A stretch of 31,750 nt of DNA, taken from an uncultured bacterium (lineage in GTDB: Bacteria > Lernaellota > Lernaellaia > Lernaellales > Lernaellaceae). Shown piece after piece: positions 18,146 to 26,873 of the stretch. A model generated the notes under the pieces. It had not been told where the DNA came from. It searched no databases and saw only the letters and a list, made by a program, of their open reading frames with translations. How positions within the stretch are numbered: the stretch's first letter is position 1; every line of letters starts with the position of its first letter. Made by a program: the position numbers and the translations under genes. The stretch covers positions 1 to 31,750 of the forward strand of contig CAZHPN010000059.1 in assembly GCA_964534375.1 (NCBI GenBank), read 5' to 3'.

Positions 18146-18615
18146 GCGGGCAACGCTCTTGGCGAAGAATGGGCCGCCTTGAGACCGGCGCTCCCGGCAA
18201 GTTCCGTGCGAATGGGAGAAAATCACGAACTTTGCATAACATTTGACTCAGCCATGTAGGGGGCGCGGGGCCTGCGGTTCCGGCGGTCGGGCTCCGCACC
18301 GGGCCATCAGGCGAGTGGTCTGCGAGATGTTGGCGTTTCGCACGCGAGGTGCGGACGGTCCTGAAGAGAGAAGGTGATTCGAACGAAGAAATTCGTCAAT
18401 GCGATGCGGCTACGGTCAGCCGCGTCCGCGCCCCCGCTGCCACGGACGGCGGCAGCGGCCCGCGAGGCAGTGCATGCCGACGCGGAACGCCGCCCGGCGG
18501 CGGCCAAGCTGCGGGCCGCGGAGGAGGGGCCGGAGCGCTTCGTGGTCTTGAACAGGCAGGGTTTGCCTATCATCCGGCAATCATCCGGGCTGAATCAACT
18601 CCGGATTGTCCGGAT

Positions 18616-18737
18616 GAATTCCGGTGACGCAATACGTGCTTGCCGCGATCGGAGGTTTTTGGCGGCGCCGTTCGGTCTGCGGGAAACTCGACCGGGCCGG
18701 AAAGGGTCGGCGATTACGTATTGCGTCCCCCGAATTC
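18616..18737. repeat. Inverted-repeat element (MITE/REP-like)
   Basis: Perfect core GACGCAATACGT (18626-18637) / ACGTATTGCGTC (18716-18727), bounded by GAATTC at both ends. Confidence 0.65.
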
Positions 18738-18780
18738 TCCCCGAACCCCGCCCCGCGCGCGTAATCTGTCGATTGCCCGG

Positions 18781-18840
18781 CCCCCGAACCCCGGACCCCG
18801 GAACCCTGCACGCTGCTCGCTGTCCGCTGCTCGCTGTTCA
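18781..18840. repeat. 7-bp tandem repeats
   Basis: CCCCGGA-type units followed by CGCTGCT CGCTGTC CGCTGCT CGCTGTT. Confidence 0.6.
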
Positions 18841-18925
18841 ACGGCTCCGAGCCCCGGCGACCGGAAACATCTTGCGCTTTTCACAAGCCACATGATAATA
18901 ACGCGCAATTGAAAAAAGGCAGGCG

Positions 18926-19780
18926 ATGTATTTCTGCTACGTCGATGAATCCGGCAGCTTGGACTGCGGGACGACAGAACCACGAACGGACTGCATTCGC
19001 AAGAATCCGATATTTGTTCTCAGCGGCTTATGCGTTTACGCAGAGAACTGGCGCAAGTTTTCGGGCATTATCGATCAACGAAAGGACGATCTCCGTGACA
19101 AACTTTTCCGAACAAAAGGGCTGTCGCTCAAACTGACCGACTGCGAATTGAAATCGTCGTGGATTCGCATTCCTACGCTCCGGCAACAGCGGCCCTTTCT
19201 GGCCGGTCTTTCCGAAATCGAGCTTTCGGGGCTGGTCAACCTTTGTTACCAGCAAATCGAACGGGCGCGCATGACCATTGTCGCCATAGTCGTCGACAAG
19301 CGCCAACTGTCTGCGTACTTCGATTCGGACAAGCTTCATCGGAAAGCGTGGGAACTGCTTCTCGAACGAGTGGAGCACTTCATGCGGGAACGTCACGACC
19401 GCCACAGCGTGATCTTCATCCGCGATGACATCAGCGTCCAGGTCAATCGGAGTTTAGCGGAAAAACACGCGTATCTGCTGAAGACGCAAGCGACCTCCGG
19501 CTTGAAGTTGAGTCACGTAATCGAAATGCCGCTATTCACGCGCAGCGAACTCTCCAACGGCATTCAGCTCGCCGATTTGGTCGCCTACAACTTTTACCAT
19601 GCGTTCGATCGCAAGAAGGCCGACTACCCGTACCTGCGGAAGATCTTGTCGTTTGTGTATAACTCCGCGAACACACCCCCCGACAAACTGGACGGGCTGA
19701 AGCTGTTCCCGCCAGACGGCGACCTGACCGGCATTGCCGCAGAAATAGAAAGGGCCTCGGTTCAACCGCCGACGCCCTAG
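18926..19780 (+). CDS. DUF3800-family protein (predicted RNase H-like fold)
   Basis: N-terminal YVDESG, ELK, IQLADLVAY and C-terminal GLKLFP motifs; intact 284-aa frame, AT-richer than flanks. Confidence 0.85.
   Translation: MYFCYVDESGSLDCGTTEPRTDCIRKNPIFVLSGLCVYAENWRKFSGIIDQRKDDLRDKLFRTKGLSLKLTDCELKSSWIRIPTLRQQRPFLAGLSEIELSGLVNLCYQQIERARMTIVAIVVDKRQLSAYFDSDKLHRKAWELLLERVEHFMRERHDRHSVIFIRDDISVQVNRSLAEKHAYLLKTQATSGLKLSHVIEMPLFTRSELSNGIQLADLVAYNFYHAFDRKKADYPYLRKILSFVYNSANTPPDKLDGLKLFPPDGDLTGIAAEIERASVQPPTP
19741..19778 (-). terminator. Intrinsic terminator of the antisense RNA
   Basis: AGGGCGUCGG-8 nt-CCGAGGCCCU stem (1 mismatch) followed by UUCUAUUUCU. Confidence 0.6.
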
Positions 19781-19837
19781 GAAAATCCTTGAAGTCCGGC
19801 TGGGCAAACCATATCGAGCCGACTGGCGGCACCGGAC
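19742..19837 (-). ncRNA. Predicted ~95-nt structured RNA convergent with and overlapping the DUF3800 3' end
   Basis: Bounded by a near-consensus promoter and an intrinsic terminator; 5' GUCCGG pairs with CCGGAC; no plausible ORF within it. Confidence 0.6.
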
Positions 19838-19843
19838 GATGAA

Positions 19844-19872
19844 AGTGTATTGTTGCCGCGCATTCCTGTCAA
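19844..19872 (-). promoter_or_regulatory. Near-consensus sigma70 promoter driving the predicted antisense RNA
   Basis: TTGACA (19872-19867)-N17-TACACT (19849-19844). Confidence 0.7.
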
Positions 19873-19906
19873 CTCCGAAAGCCGACGGCCCCGCCGAATA
19901 GGTGTG

Positions 19907-20013
19907 CGTAGTCGAGTTTGGTCGCTCCTTGACACGTCACTTCGACCCCCTCGACTACGTTCGCGGGCAGGCTTCGCGACCGGGCGGCGTAGGGGCGCCG
20001 CGTGCCGCGCCCC
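19907..20013. repeat. Cluster of REP-like palindromes
   Basis: CGTAGTCGAG (19907-19916) / CTCGACTACG (19950-19959); GTA-GGGGCGC...GCGCCCC (19989-20013). Confidence 0.6.
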
Positions 20014-20135
20014 CGCAGCCCGCGGCGCGCTGTGGAGAAATCTATCTCGTGGGCTCCCTTCCGCAATCAAGACCGGCACCTGGCAACCGTTGGACCAGCG
20101 CGATACCAGAGGAGTTGGCTAATGCTATCGTAGTG

Positions 20136-21317
20136 CTACCTAACAACAGACTTGATGACTATTCCCCAGCCGTTTGGCAACCAGTGGCTGTGAACAAGGA
20201 GCAAAAGCAAAGGCGAAACAACTATTCCCAGAAATCTCTTTAGACTAACAAGATCTAACGGAATGAGCCGCATTTTATTCGTGGATTTCAGGTACTCCAG
20301 GAACGCCACCGCAGCGTCATCCGGCGTCCCTTCAAGGACCTTGCCGTCCGCGTATGCATTCGCGTTGGCCTCAATTCGCCGAATGATTTTCCGTGAGACA
20401 ACATTCGACCACGCTTTGAACTCACGCATGGCCCGATACGAGTGCGGCGTAAAAAACAAAACGGGCAGAAAGAATGCTGTTGGCGAGAGAACCGCGTACG
20501 AGACAATGAAGAAAAGGTGATCGGGTCTAACGAGCGGAAGCCCGTACAACAGCGTATTGTTCATAATCGCGCCGACAATCCACACGCCCACGCTCATTAT
20601 AAAAATTCCGAGCGTCACTTGCGGGAAATTGAGGTTCGAAAGGCCGCCGCAATTGTCAGGATGCATCATATCGACATTTATTTCATGAGTAGACAATCGG
20701 TGCATCATTACCATGTATAGGATGCCGCGGATGGCAAATGTGCCAATCGTGATTCCGTATGTTGCTGTCACCGTCATGGCAAAAAGAAATCCGAAGGTCG
20801 GTCTATGAAAAGAACCAATCTGAACCCAGCCGTGCCACGTCCGGGCATCGCCGGTCAGATCGTACCCAACGAAAACCAACGTCGAAATAAAGATCACGGC
20901 AATCAGGAAGCGATCGAAGATTTTGTTCTCAAGGAGACAGTTGATTTTTTTGATTTCCAGAGAAACAACAGCCCGATCCCCAATCACGTCTCCCTCGAAT
21001 AGCCAGGAAGATAGTCGATCCAGTTCTTTTTGAAATAGAGAGGCCCAAATAAGCGCGAGAGGAAAACAAAGAAAACAAGTTATGTGGATCGCGAGATCAG
21101 TCAGCATGCTCACTTTCAAGTCATTGGGATCCCGGAAAAGCGACCCCTCGATCATCGCGGCAATAAAACAGGCCGCCCACAGCAGAAATGCAAACAACGA
21201 TATTCGGCCAATGTTGGGCGACTCATCGGGCCGGTAGATCCCGGCCTTTTCAAGGACAGGATACAAGATTGAGCTTTTGAGAAAGTTAATTCTTTCTCGA
21301 TTACTTTCATTCTCCAT
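20136..21317 (-). CDS. Hypothetical multi-pass membrane protein, AT-richer
   Basis: ~393-aa frame with about 7 hydrophobic segments and an HPDNCGGL loop; GGAG RBS before MENES. Alternative start at 21383. Confidence 0.75.
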   Translation of the reverse strand: MENESNRERINFLKSSILYPVLEKAGIYRPDESPNIGRISLFAFLLWAACFIAAMIEGSLFRDPNDLKVSMLTDLAIHITCFLCFPLALIWASLFQKELDRLSSWLFEGDVIGDRAVVSLEIKKINCLLENKIFDRFLIAVIFISTLVFVGYDLTGDARTWHGWVQIGSFHRPTFGFLFAMTVTATYGITIGTFAIRGILYMVMMHRLSTHEINVDMMHPDNCGGLSNLNFPQVTLGIFIMSVGVWIVGAIMNNTLLYGLPLVRPDHLFFIVSYAVLSPTAFFLPVLFFTPHSYRAMREFKAWSNVVSRKIIRRIEANANAYADGKVLEGTPDDAAVAFLEYLKSTNKMRLIPLDLVSLKRFLGIVVSPLLLLLVHSHWLPNGWGIVIKSVVR

Positions 21318-21468
21318 TTCGCGCTCCCGCCCGTCGCCGCCGAGTGACTCAGTGTATGAGGATGGCAAAAATCGACTCACCATGATTCCTGGTCTCTGCT
21401 CCTGTGGCTACTCTGGATTCGTCACACCAAGGACAAATCCAGCCCGCGTTACTGATGATGTTGTCCAG

Positions 21469-22179
21469 TCACGAGATTGTCTTTATTGCCCAATCGACGC
21501 CCCCGATCAAATCGGACACGTCGTCGCTTGTCGGTTCTTTGTCGCCCTTGTGTGCGCAACGGTTGCGGAGATCGCCGAAAAACTCAATGCGGCGCGCAGT
21601 CGGCAAGTCGATTACGTCGGCTTTTCGCAGTGCGTCTTTAATAGGGTTGAGCGTCTTGTCCTTTGTTTGCGGCCCGAGCCCGTGCGTCTCGGCCACCTTC
21701 CTTAGATGGCCTTCCAAAACGACGCCGGCAATCGTGCCGGCGGCCCGGAGATGTCCGTTTCTTTGAAGATGACGTGCCGCCTCCAGTTCGTTGTCAAATA
21801 AATCCGCTTGCAATACGCCGGTTATACCCGTCAAAATGCTTTCGATTCGAGAACGTGCGGAAGACAGAATCCCAATCTGATTCTTGATTAACATGCTTGC
21901 TCGGGCGTCCGCAACGACACCCTGACGCAATCCTCATACTACATCACTGATTCGAAAGTCATTGGCGTCAATCCAATCGCCTTGCCTTTCGTTCTCGTAT
22001 AATGCCTCAAAGTCTTCTACACGGTCCGGTAAGAGATTTCTCACGACTGCCAATGCGTCAGAATGCCATAGTTGGTACATTTGGGGCAAGTCGTTGCTTC
22101 GTACGGCCTTTCGGACGTCGTCGCCCGACTTGATTAGCCTATCTAGCTCTGTCTTTATTTGCTCGCTTCGCGAATTCAT
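21469..22179 (-). pseudogene. HEPN-domain protein interrupted by one in-frame TGA (pseudogene or recoded)
   Basis: ORFs 21934-22179 and 21469-21930 share a frame (…ISDVV*GLRQ…). C-terminus has RAAGTIAGVVLEGHL and the Rx4H motif RNRCAH. Confidence 0.75.
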
Positions 22180-22183
22180 CTTT

Positions 22184-25100
22184 TTACCCCACGTCGTTCG
22201 TTTGGCGACCCACCGGCATCCTCGGCGGTTTCGTCTTCCACATCAATTCAATTTCCTCCGCCGTCAGCCCATACGCCGCATTCACAAGATCGGTCAGCCG
22301 CCGCTCCAACGTCAGCGCCTCAACGCGGCGGGCTTGGGTCGGCGCGGCGTAGTTGGCGTATTCCTGGCGGAGGCGGGCGAGGCCGGCGGGCGACAGGGGT
22401 TTGCCCTTCGGCAGCCGCGCCTTCACCTCCGCCGCGAACTCGTCGGCCGTGAGCGACGCGAAATCGTCCAGCTTTTGCCCCGGCGTTGCCACGCCGAAGT
22501 CCATGCGCAACCAATCGAGAAGCTCGTGGCGTGCCGCCTGGTCGGTCCGCGTGATCTCGACGAGGCGCGAGACGGCTGGCTCCGCCTCGGCGCGTATAGC
22601 ATCGGTCGGACGGGCGACCGGGAACTTCTCCATCAAGTCAGCTTTGGGACTCAGGGCCTCGTCTTTCATATGCGGCAAGTATCGCCAGTTGTGCCACCAC
22701 AGCAACGGAGAATTCAGAACCGCGAGCAGGTACGGGTCGCTCGCGGGTAGGAAAAAACCTTGTTGTTGGCGTAGTAGCCATCAGCGTCCAGGGCGTAGCA
22801 TGGGTGAAACTGGATTTCCTGGTAAATAACCTTCGGGCGCTCAAATCCTTCGTAGTTGGCGCACGAGCGCAGTTCCCACCAGTGGCGTCCCTTGTCCAAG
22901 CGTTTACGGAGGGCGGCCTCCATCGGCTTTAGCCAGCGGTAGACCGACGGATAGGTGGACGCGAAAGTTGATTCGGGGGCATCGCTCAATCCCCAAGGCC
23001 ACGATGCGTCACCGCTCGATTTGATGAGGATAAGCCAAAGCCCGGCCCACTCAGGCGTCCACCGCTCGATGTCCTGCCCCCGCAGGTACGGTTTGATGAT
23101 CTCGGCGCATTTCGGGTCCTCGCGAACGAGTCGGTCGCGAGTTGGTGTGTCAATCAAGAACGCGTCGTTGAGGCCGGTCTTGATCCCGTAAATCGGGGCC
23201 GCCCCGATGAATTCTTTGAGCGGCACGCCAGCCCGTCGAATCTTTTCCATGAGCGCGTCCACCGCGGGCGGTTCGAGGCTCCACGGCGCATTCGTGAATC
23301 GCCGCCACGGCGCCGAGTAGCACTCGCGGCTAACAAACTGCGTCAGGTTCAGGCCGGGCAATTTCTCGCCGGGGACGGGGCAGATTTTGACAGCGGAATC
23401 CGGCGCCGGTTGGGGTCGGTCGCCCGGCTGCCCCATGTCGTTGAGGTTCGGCGTCGCGGCGGGTTTGCGCACGACAACGATGCAGGGGAAGACGTCGGCC
23501 TCTTCGAATATCGGCGCGTGGCCGAAGTCGAGGATTTCCTCGAAAACATCCGACGCCGAGAAAAATCCGCGCAGTTCTTCGCCGTATCCGGCGCGCAGCC
23601 ATTTGTTCGTGACGATGTACGACAAACGCCCGCCGGCGCGCAGCAGGCGCAGGCCGATTTCATAAAAATACACATACAGATCGGCCGAGCCGTTGAACGA
23701 TGAATAACGGGTTTTCAGATGAGGCTTGAGCGCGGAGATCAAGCCGCTTTGCACGTAGGGCGGGTTGCCGAGCGCCACGTCGAAGCCGCCGTCGGCGAAA
23801 ACCTCGGGGAACGCCGCCTTCCAATCGAACGCGCGGGTGTCGTAAGCCGGATCGGCGACAACGCTGTTGCCGCAACGGATGTTGTGATCCAGGTCGGTCA
23901 GCGCCTTGCCGCGTTCCGCCGTTTTGAGCCACAGGGACAAACGGGTGATTTCGACGGACTCCGGATTCAGGTCGACGCCGTAGAGGTTGTTGTTCAGGAT
24001 CGTTTTGGTCAGGTCGAAGAGCGACGCCTGGCCGCCGCGCAAGGCCGCGAGTTCCGCGTTGACCAATTCGTACTCGTGCAGCAGGTAGTCGAACGCCGAG
24101 AGCAGAAACGCGCCGGAGCCGCACGCGGGGTCGAGGATGCGCGTGCCGGTCAACGCATCGCGGTACGCTTCCCAGGCGCCGATCAGCGCCACCGTGCGTT
24201 TGCCCTCGCCGCGCTGCCGGTCCGGAGCGAATTTCTGGAACGCCGCCGCCTTCTTCTCGGCGAGCGTCGTGCCCAGGGCGCGTTCCACGATATAGCGGGT
24301 AACGAACGACGGGGTGTAGAACACGCCCTCCCGTTTGCGTTTGGAGACGGCCCGCGGCGCGGTCGCCGGGGCCTCTGCGGCCTGGGCGCGCATTTCCTCC
24401 AGGTCGGAGATCGATTGCTCGAAGATGTGGCCGAGCACCAGCACGGACACATCCTCGGCGTAGTCGTAGTCGGCGAGCGCGCGGAAGCCGCGGACCAGGT
24501 CGTCCGGCAGATCCAGGTCTTCCAGCACGGGATCGGGCCGGAAGAGGCCGCCGTTGTACGCGGGGATCTGCATGTCGCCGTTGCCGCGGTCGATCCAGGC
24601 GAAGACCGCTTTGAAGTTTTCCCACCGCGGCCGCGAATGGTACGGGTCCGTGTGATCGAAGGCGTCGCGGATGGTGTTCGCCGGCAGCAGGCCGCGATCT
24701 TCCGCGAAGGCGATGAAGAGCACGCGGTCGAGAATCTTCTGCGTCTTTTCCAGGAGCAGCGACGGATCGCGGTCGGGGCGGGCGCGCGTGACGTGCGCGA
24801 AAATCTGCGAACGCAGTTGCTTGTACTGCCGGTACAGCTTGTCGGTGACCTCGACCTGGGCGCGGGCGGAATCGTCGAGCAGCTCGGCGACGACGCTGAC
24901 GCCGTCCGGCTTCGCCGGCAGGAAATTGGCCCGGCAAAGCAGGTAGAAGAAGCGCCGGAAGACGGCTTCGTCGGCCATTTCCTCGAGGAGAAAGCGCTCG
25001 TACGCCTGCTGCGAATGATCCAAATGGTAGAGGCGCGTTTCGCGGTAGTTCGACACGAGCACCCAGCGGCAGCCGGGCGTTTCGATCAAGTACCGCCAGC

Positions 25101-25515
25101 CTTGGTCCACCGGCGTGTAACCGCGCGCCATTTCGCGGTCGAGGTCGGCATGGCCCCCTTTGAGTTCGATCGGCGCGTAGATTTTCCCCGGCGGCTCGGC
25201 GGTGAAGAAGCCGAGCGCCGCGTCGGCCTGCCCGCCGCCCGCGCTCATGTGCTTTTCGGCGTACAACTCCCAGCATTGCCCGCCCGTGTCGGCGGCGGAG
25301 CAATAACCAAGCACCTTGCGGAAGATGTCGCCCAGGAAATCGCCGTGCAGACTGACCTCGGTCATGCGATCCAACACGCCGGCGCGCTGCATCTCGATCC
25401 AGCGGCGCACGACGGCCTGGCGCTCCGGCAGGTCGCTCGGAAAACCGAACGACGCGACCCGCCGGGCCAGGAGGCGCGGATTGAACAGCGGTTGCGGCGG
25501 ACGGCTGACCGGCAC
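22184..25515 (-). pseudogene. Fused restriction endonuclease-methyltransferase (Type IIG/IIL-like), 1-bp frameshift near C-terminus
   Basis: AD...IELK nuclease motif, GVFYTP, ILDPACGSGAFL (motif I), NPPY (motif IV), terminal YGLTAEEI. One extra T in the T6 run at 22752-22757 joins both ORFs as NNKVFFLPASDPYLLAVLNSPLLWW. Confidence 0.88.
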
Positions 25516-25709
25516 GATGGGACCTCAACAAATAGGCAATGCGGCGAGCGTACCGAACTGGCGGGGCGTTGCCAAGCGGCCGGCTAATTTTAAACACAGA
25601 GACCACGGAGAAAGCGCATAGAGAACACAGAGGCGGTCGTCTCTGCGCTCTCTGTGTCTTCCCTCGGCGGGCGCCCCGAGCGCAGTCGAAGGGGCCTCTG
25701 TGTTTAGCC
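25509..25709 (-). repeat. Direct repeat copy A (promoter + RBS + GTG + long imperfect palindrome)
   Basis: Manual alignment to 26867-27089: 116/131 identical over the first ungapped block. Contains TTGGCA-N17-TACGCT (25575-25547). Confidence 0.9.
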
Positions 25710-26873
25710 GCCTGACGGTCGCAGATCCGACCGGCTCCCCGCCGGCCCCATGCCCAGGATCACCCGCAGGCCGGGCGTCCGGCCGGCGAGATGGCCGATG
25801 CCGAAGGCCAGGAGCACAGCCGCCGCCGCGACCAGCGCGAAGAGGACTCCCACGGGCAGATCGAGTTTCTCGGCGCCGGCCTGGAGCCCGACGACCACCG
25901 GGAGGTGGAGCATGTACGCCGCGTAGCTGTCCCGCGCCAGCCGGTCCAGCAGGCGGCGCGGCCCGCCAACGAGTTCGCGGAACAGCACGATCAGCCCGAC
26001 CGAGAGGCCCACGGCGAGCAGCGCCTCCCACGCGCTGCGCGCCAGGGAAGGCAGGCTGGGCCCGCCGCCGGCCATCAGCGCGTCCCAACGTCCGAGCGCG
26101 GAGACGACGTAGGCGCCCGCCGCGGCGAGCAGACCCACGGCGAGCCAGGTCAGCCCGACGCTCGTCGGCATCCGGCGGAGCCAATCGCCCCGAGCGGCCA
26201 GGGCCCCCACGGCGAAAAAGCTCACGTACTGCGGCATGTGCGCCGGCTCGGCGGCGAGGACCCAGAAGAGCGGCGCCCACTGGTCCACGGGGTAGCGGAG
26301 CCGCACTACGAACGTGACCAGGGCGAGCGCGGCCACGAACCCGAGGATCAAGGCGTGCCCGGGGACCGGCAGGGGCCGCGCCGGACCCGGCCGGGGCGCG
26401 ACCCGGCGCCAGGCCGCGTAGGCCGCCGAGTAGAGGAGCAGGTGGCCGAGAAACCAGAGGTGCCAGTAGACGGGCAGCCAGCCGCTCTGATAGAGCCCGC
26501 GGACGAACTCGCCGAGGGGCGGGCGCGACTGGGAGATGCAGACCAGGGGAAGCTGCACGCCGAGCGCGAAGACCGCCAACGGCAGGCCGATCCGCGCCAG
26601 GCGGTCCTTCAGGAAACGCCTCGCCCCCTTGCGCTCGTAAGCGCCGGGAACGAAGCAGCCGGCGAGGAGGAACAAGAGACCCAGGCCGAAGGAGGCGTTC
26701 ACGGTGCAGAACGCCCGCAAGCCCTCGATCACCGTCCGGTGGTGGATGGCCCAATAGGAGCCGGCGGGGCCGTAGGCCTGGGCGGCGTGGTGGACGATCA
26801 CGAAAACGATCACCGCGACGCGGAGTGCATCGGCGAACGCCAGCCGCTCTGCTTTCACGGCCATGGCCGGCAC
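25704..26873 (-). CDS. Acyltransferase-3 (OpgC/MdoC-like) membrane acyltransferase
   Basis: DALR...VIVHH, LLFLLAG, RLARIGLP, HLWFL and SYAAYMLH motifs. Alternative ATG at 26864. Confidence 0.88.
   Translation of the reverse strand: MPAMAVKAERLAFADALRVAVIVFVIVHHAAQAYGPAGSYWAIHHRTVIEGLRAFCTVNASFGLGLLFLLAGCFVPGAYERKGARRFLKDRLARIGLPLAVFALGVQLPLVCISQSRPPLGEFVRGLYQSGWLPVYWHLWFLGHLLLYSAAYAAWRRVAPRPGPARPLPVPGHALILGFVAALALVTFVVRLRYPVDQWAPLFWVLAAEPAHMPQYVSFFAVGALAARGDWLRRMPTSVGLTWLAVGLLAAAGAYVVSALGRWDALMAGGGPSLPSLARSAWEALLAVGLSVGLIVLFRELVGGPRRLLDRLARDSYAAYMLHLPVVVGLQAGAEKLDLPVGVLFALVAAAAVLLAFGIGHLAGRTPGLRVILGMGPAGSRSDLRPSGG

Noticed and set aside
18374..18895. 173-aa ORF upstream of DUF3800
   Set aside because: Runs through inverted and heptamer repeats, has low-complexity translation and no recognisable motif.
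21934..21936. Genome-wide TGA reassignment explaining the HEPN stop
   Set aside because: TGA clearly ends many conserved genes here (e.g. 2763-2765, 14056-14058 and the ATGA overlaps).
25588..25709. Repeat palindrome as a canonical integron attC site
   Set aside because: Ends read GCTAAAC...GTTTAAA, not RYYYAAC...GTTRRRY, and there is no tyrosine integrase in the window; kept only as an analogy.
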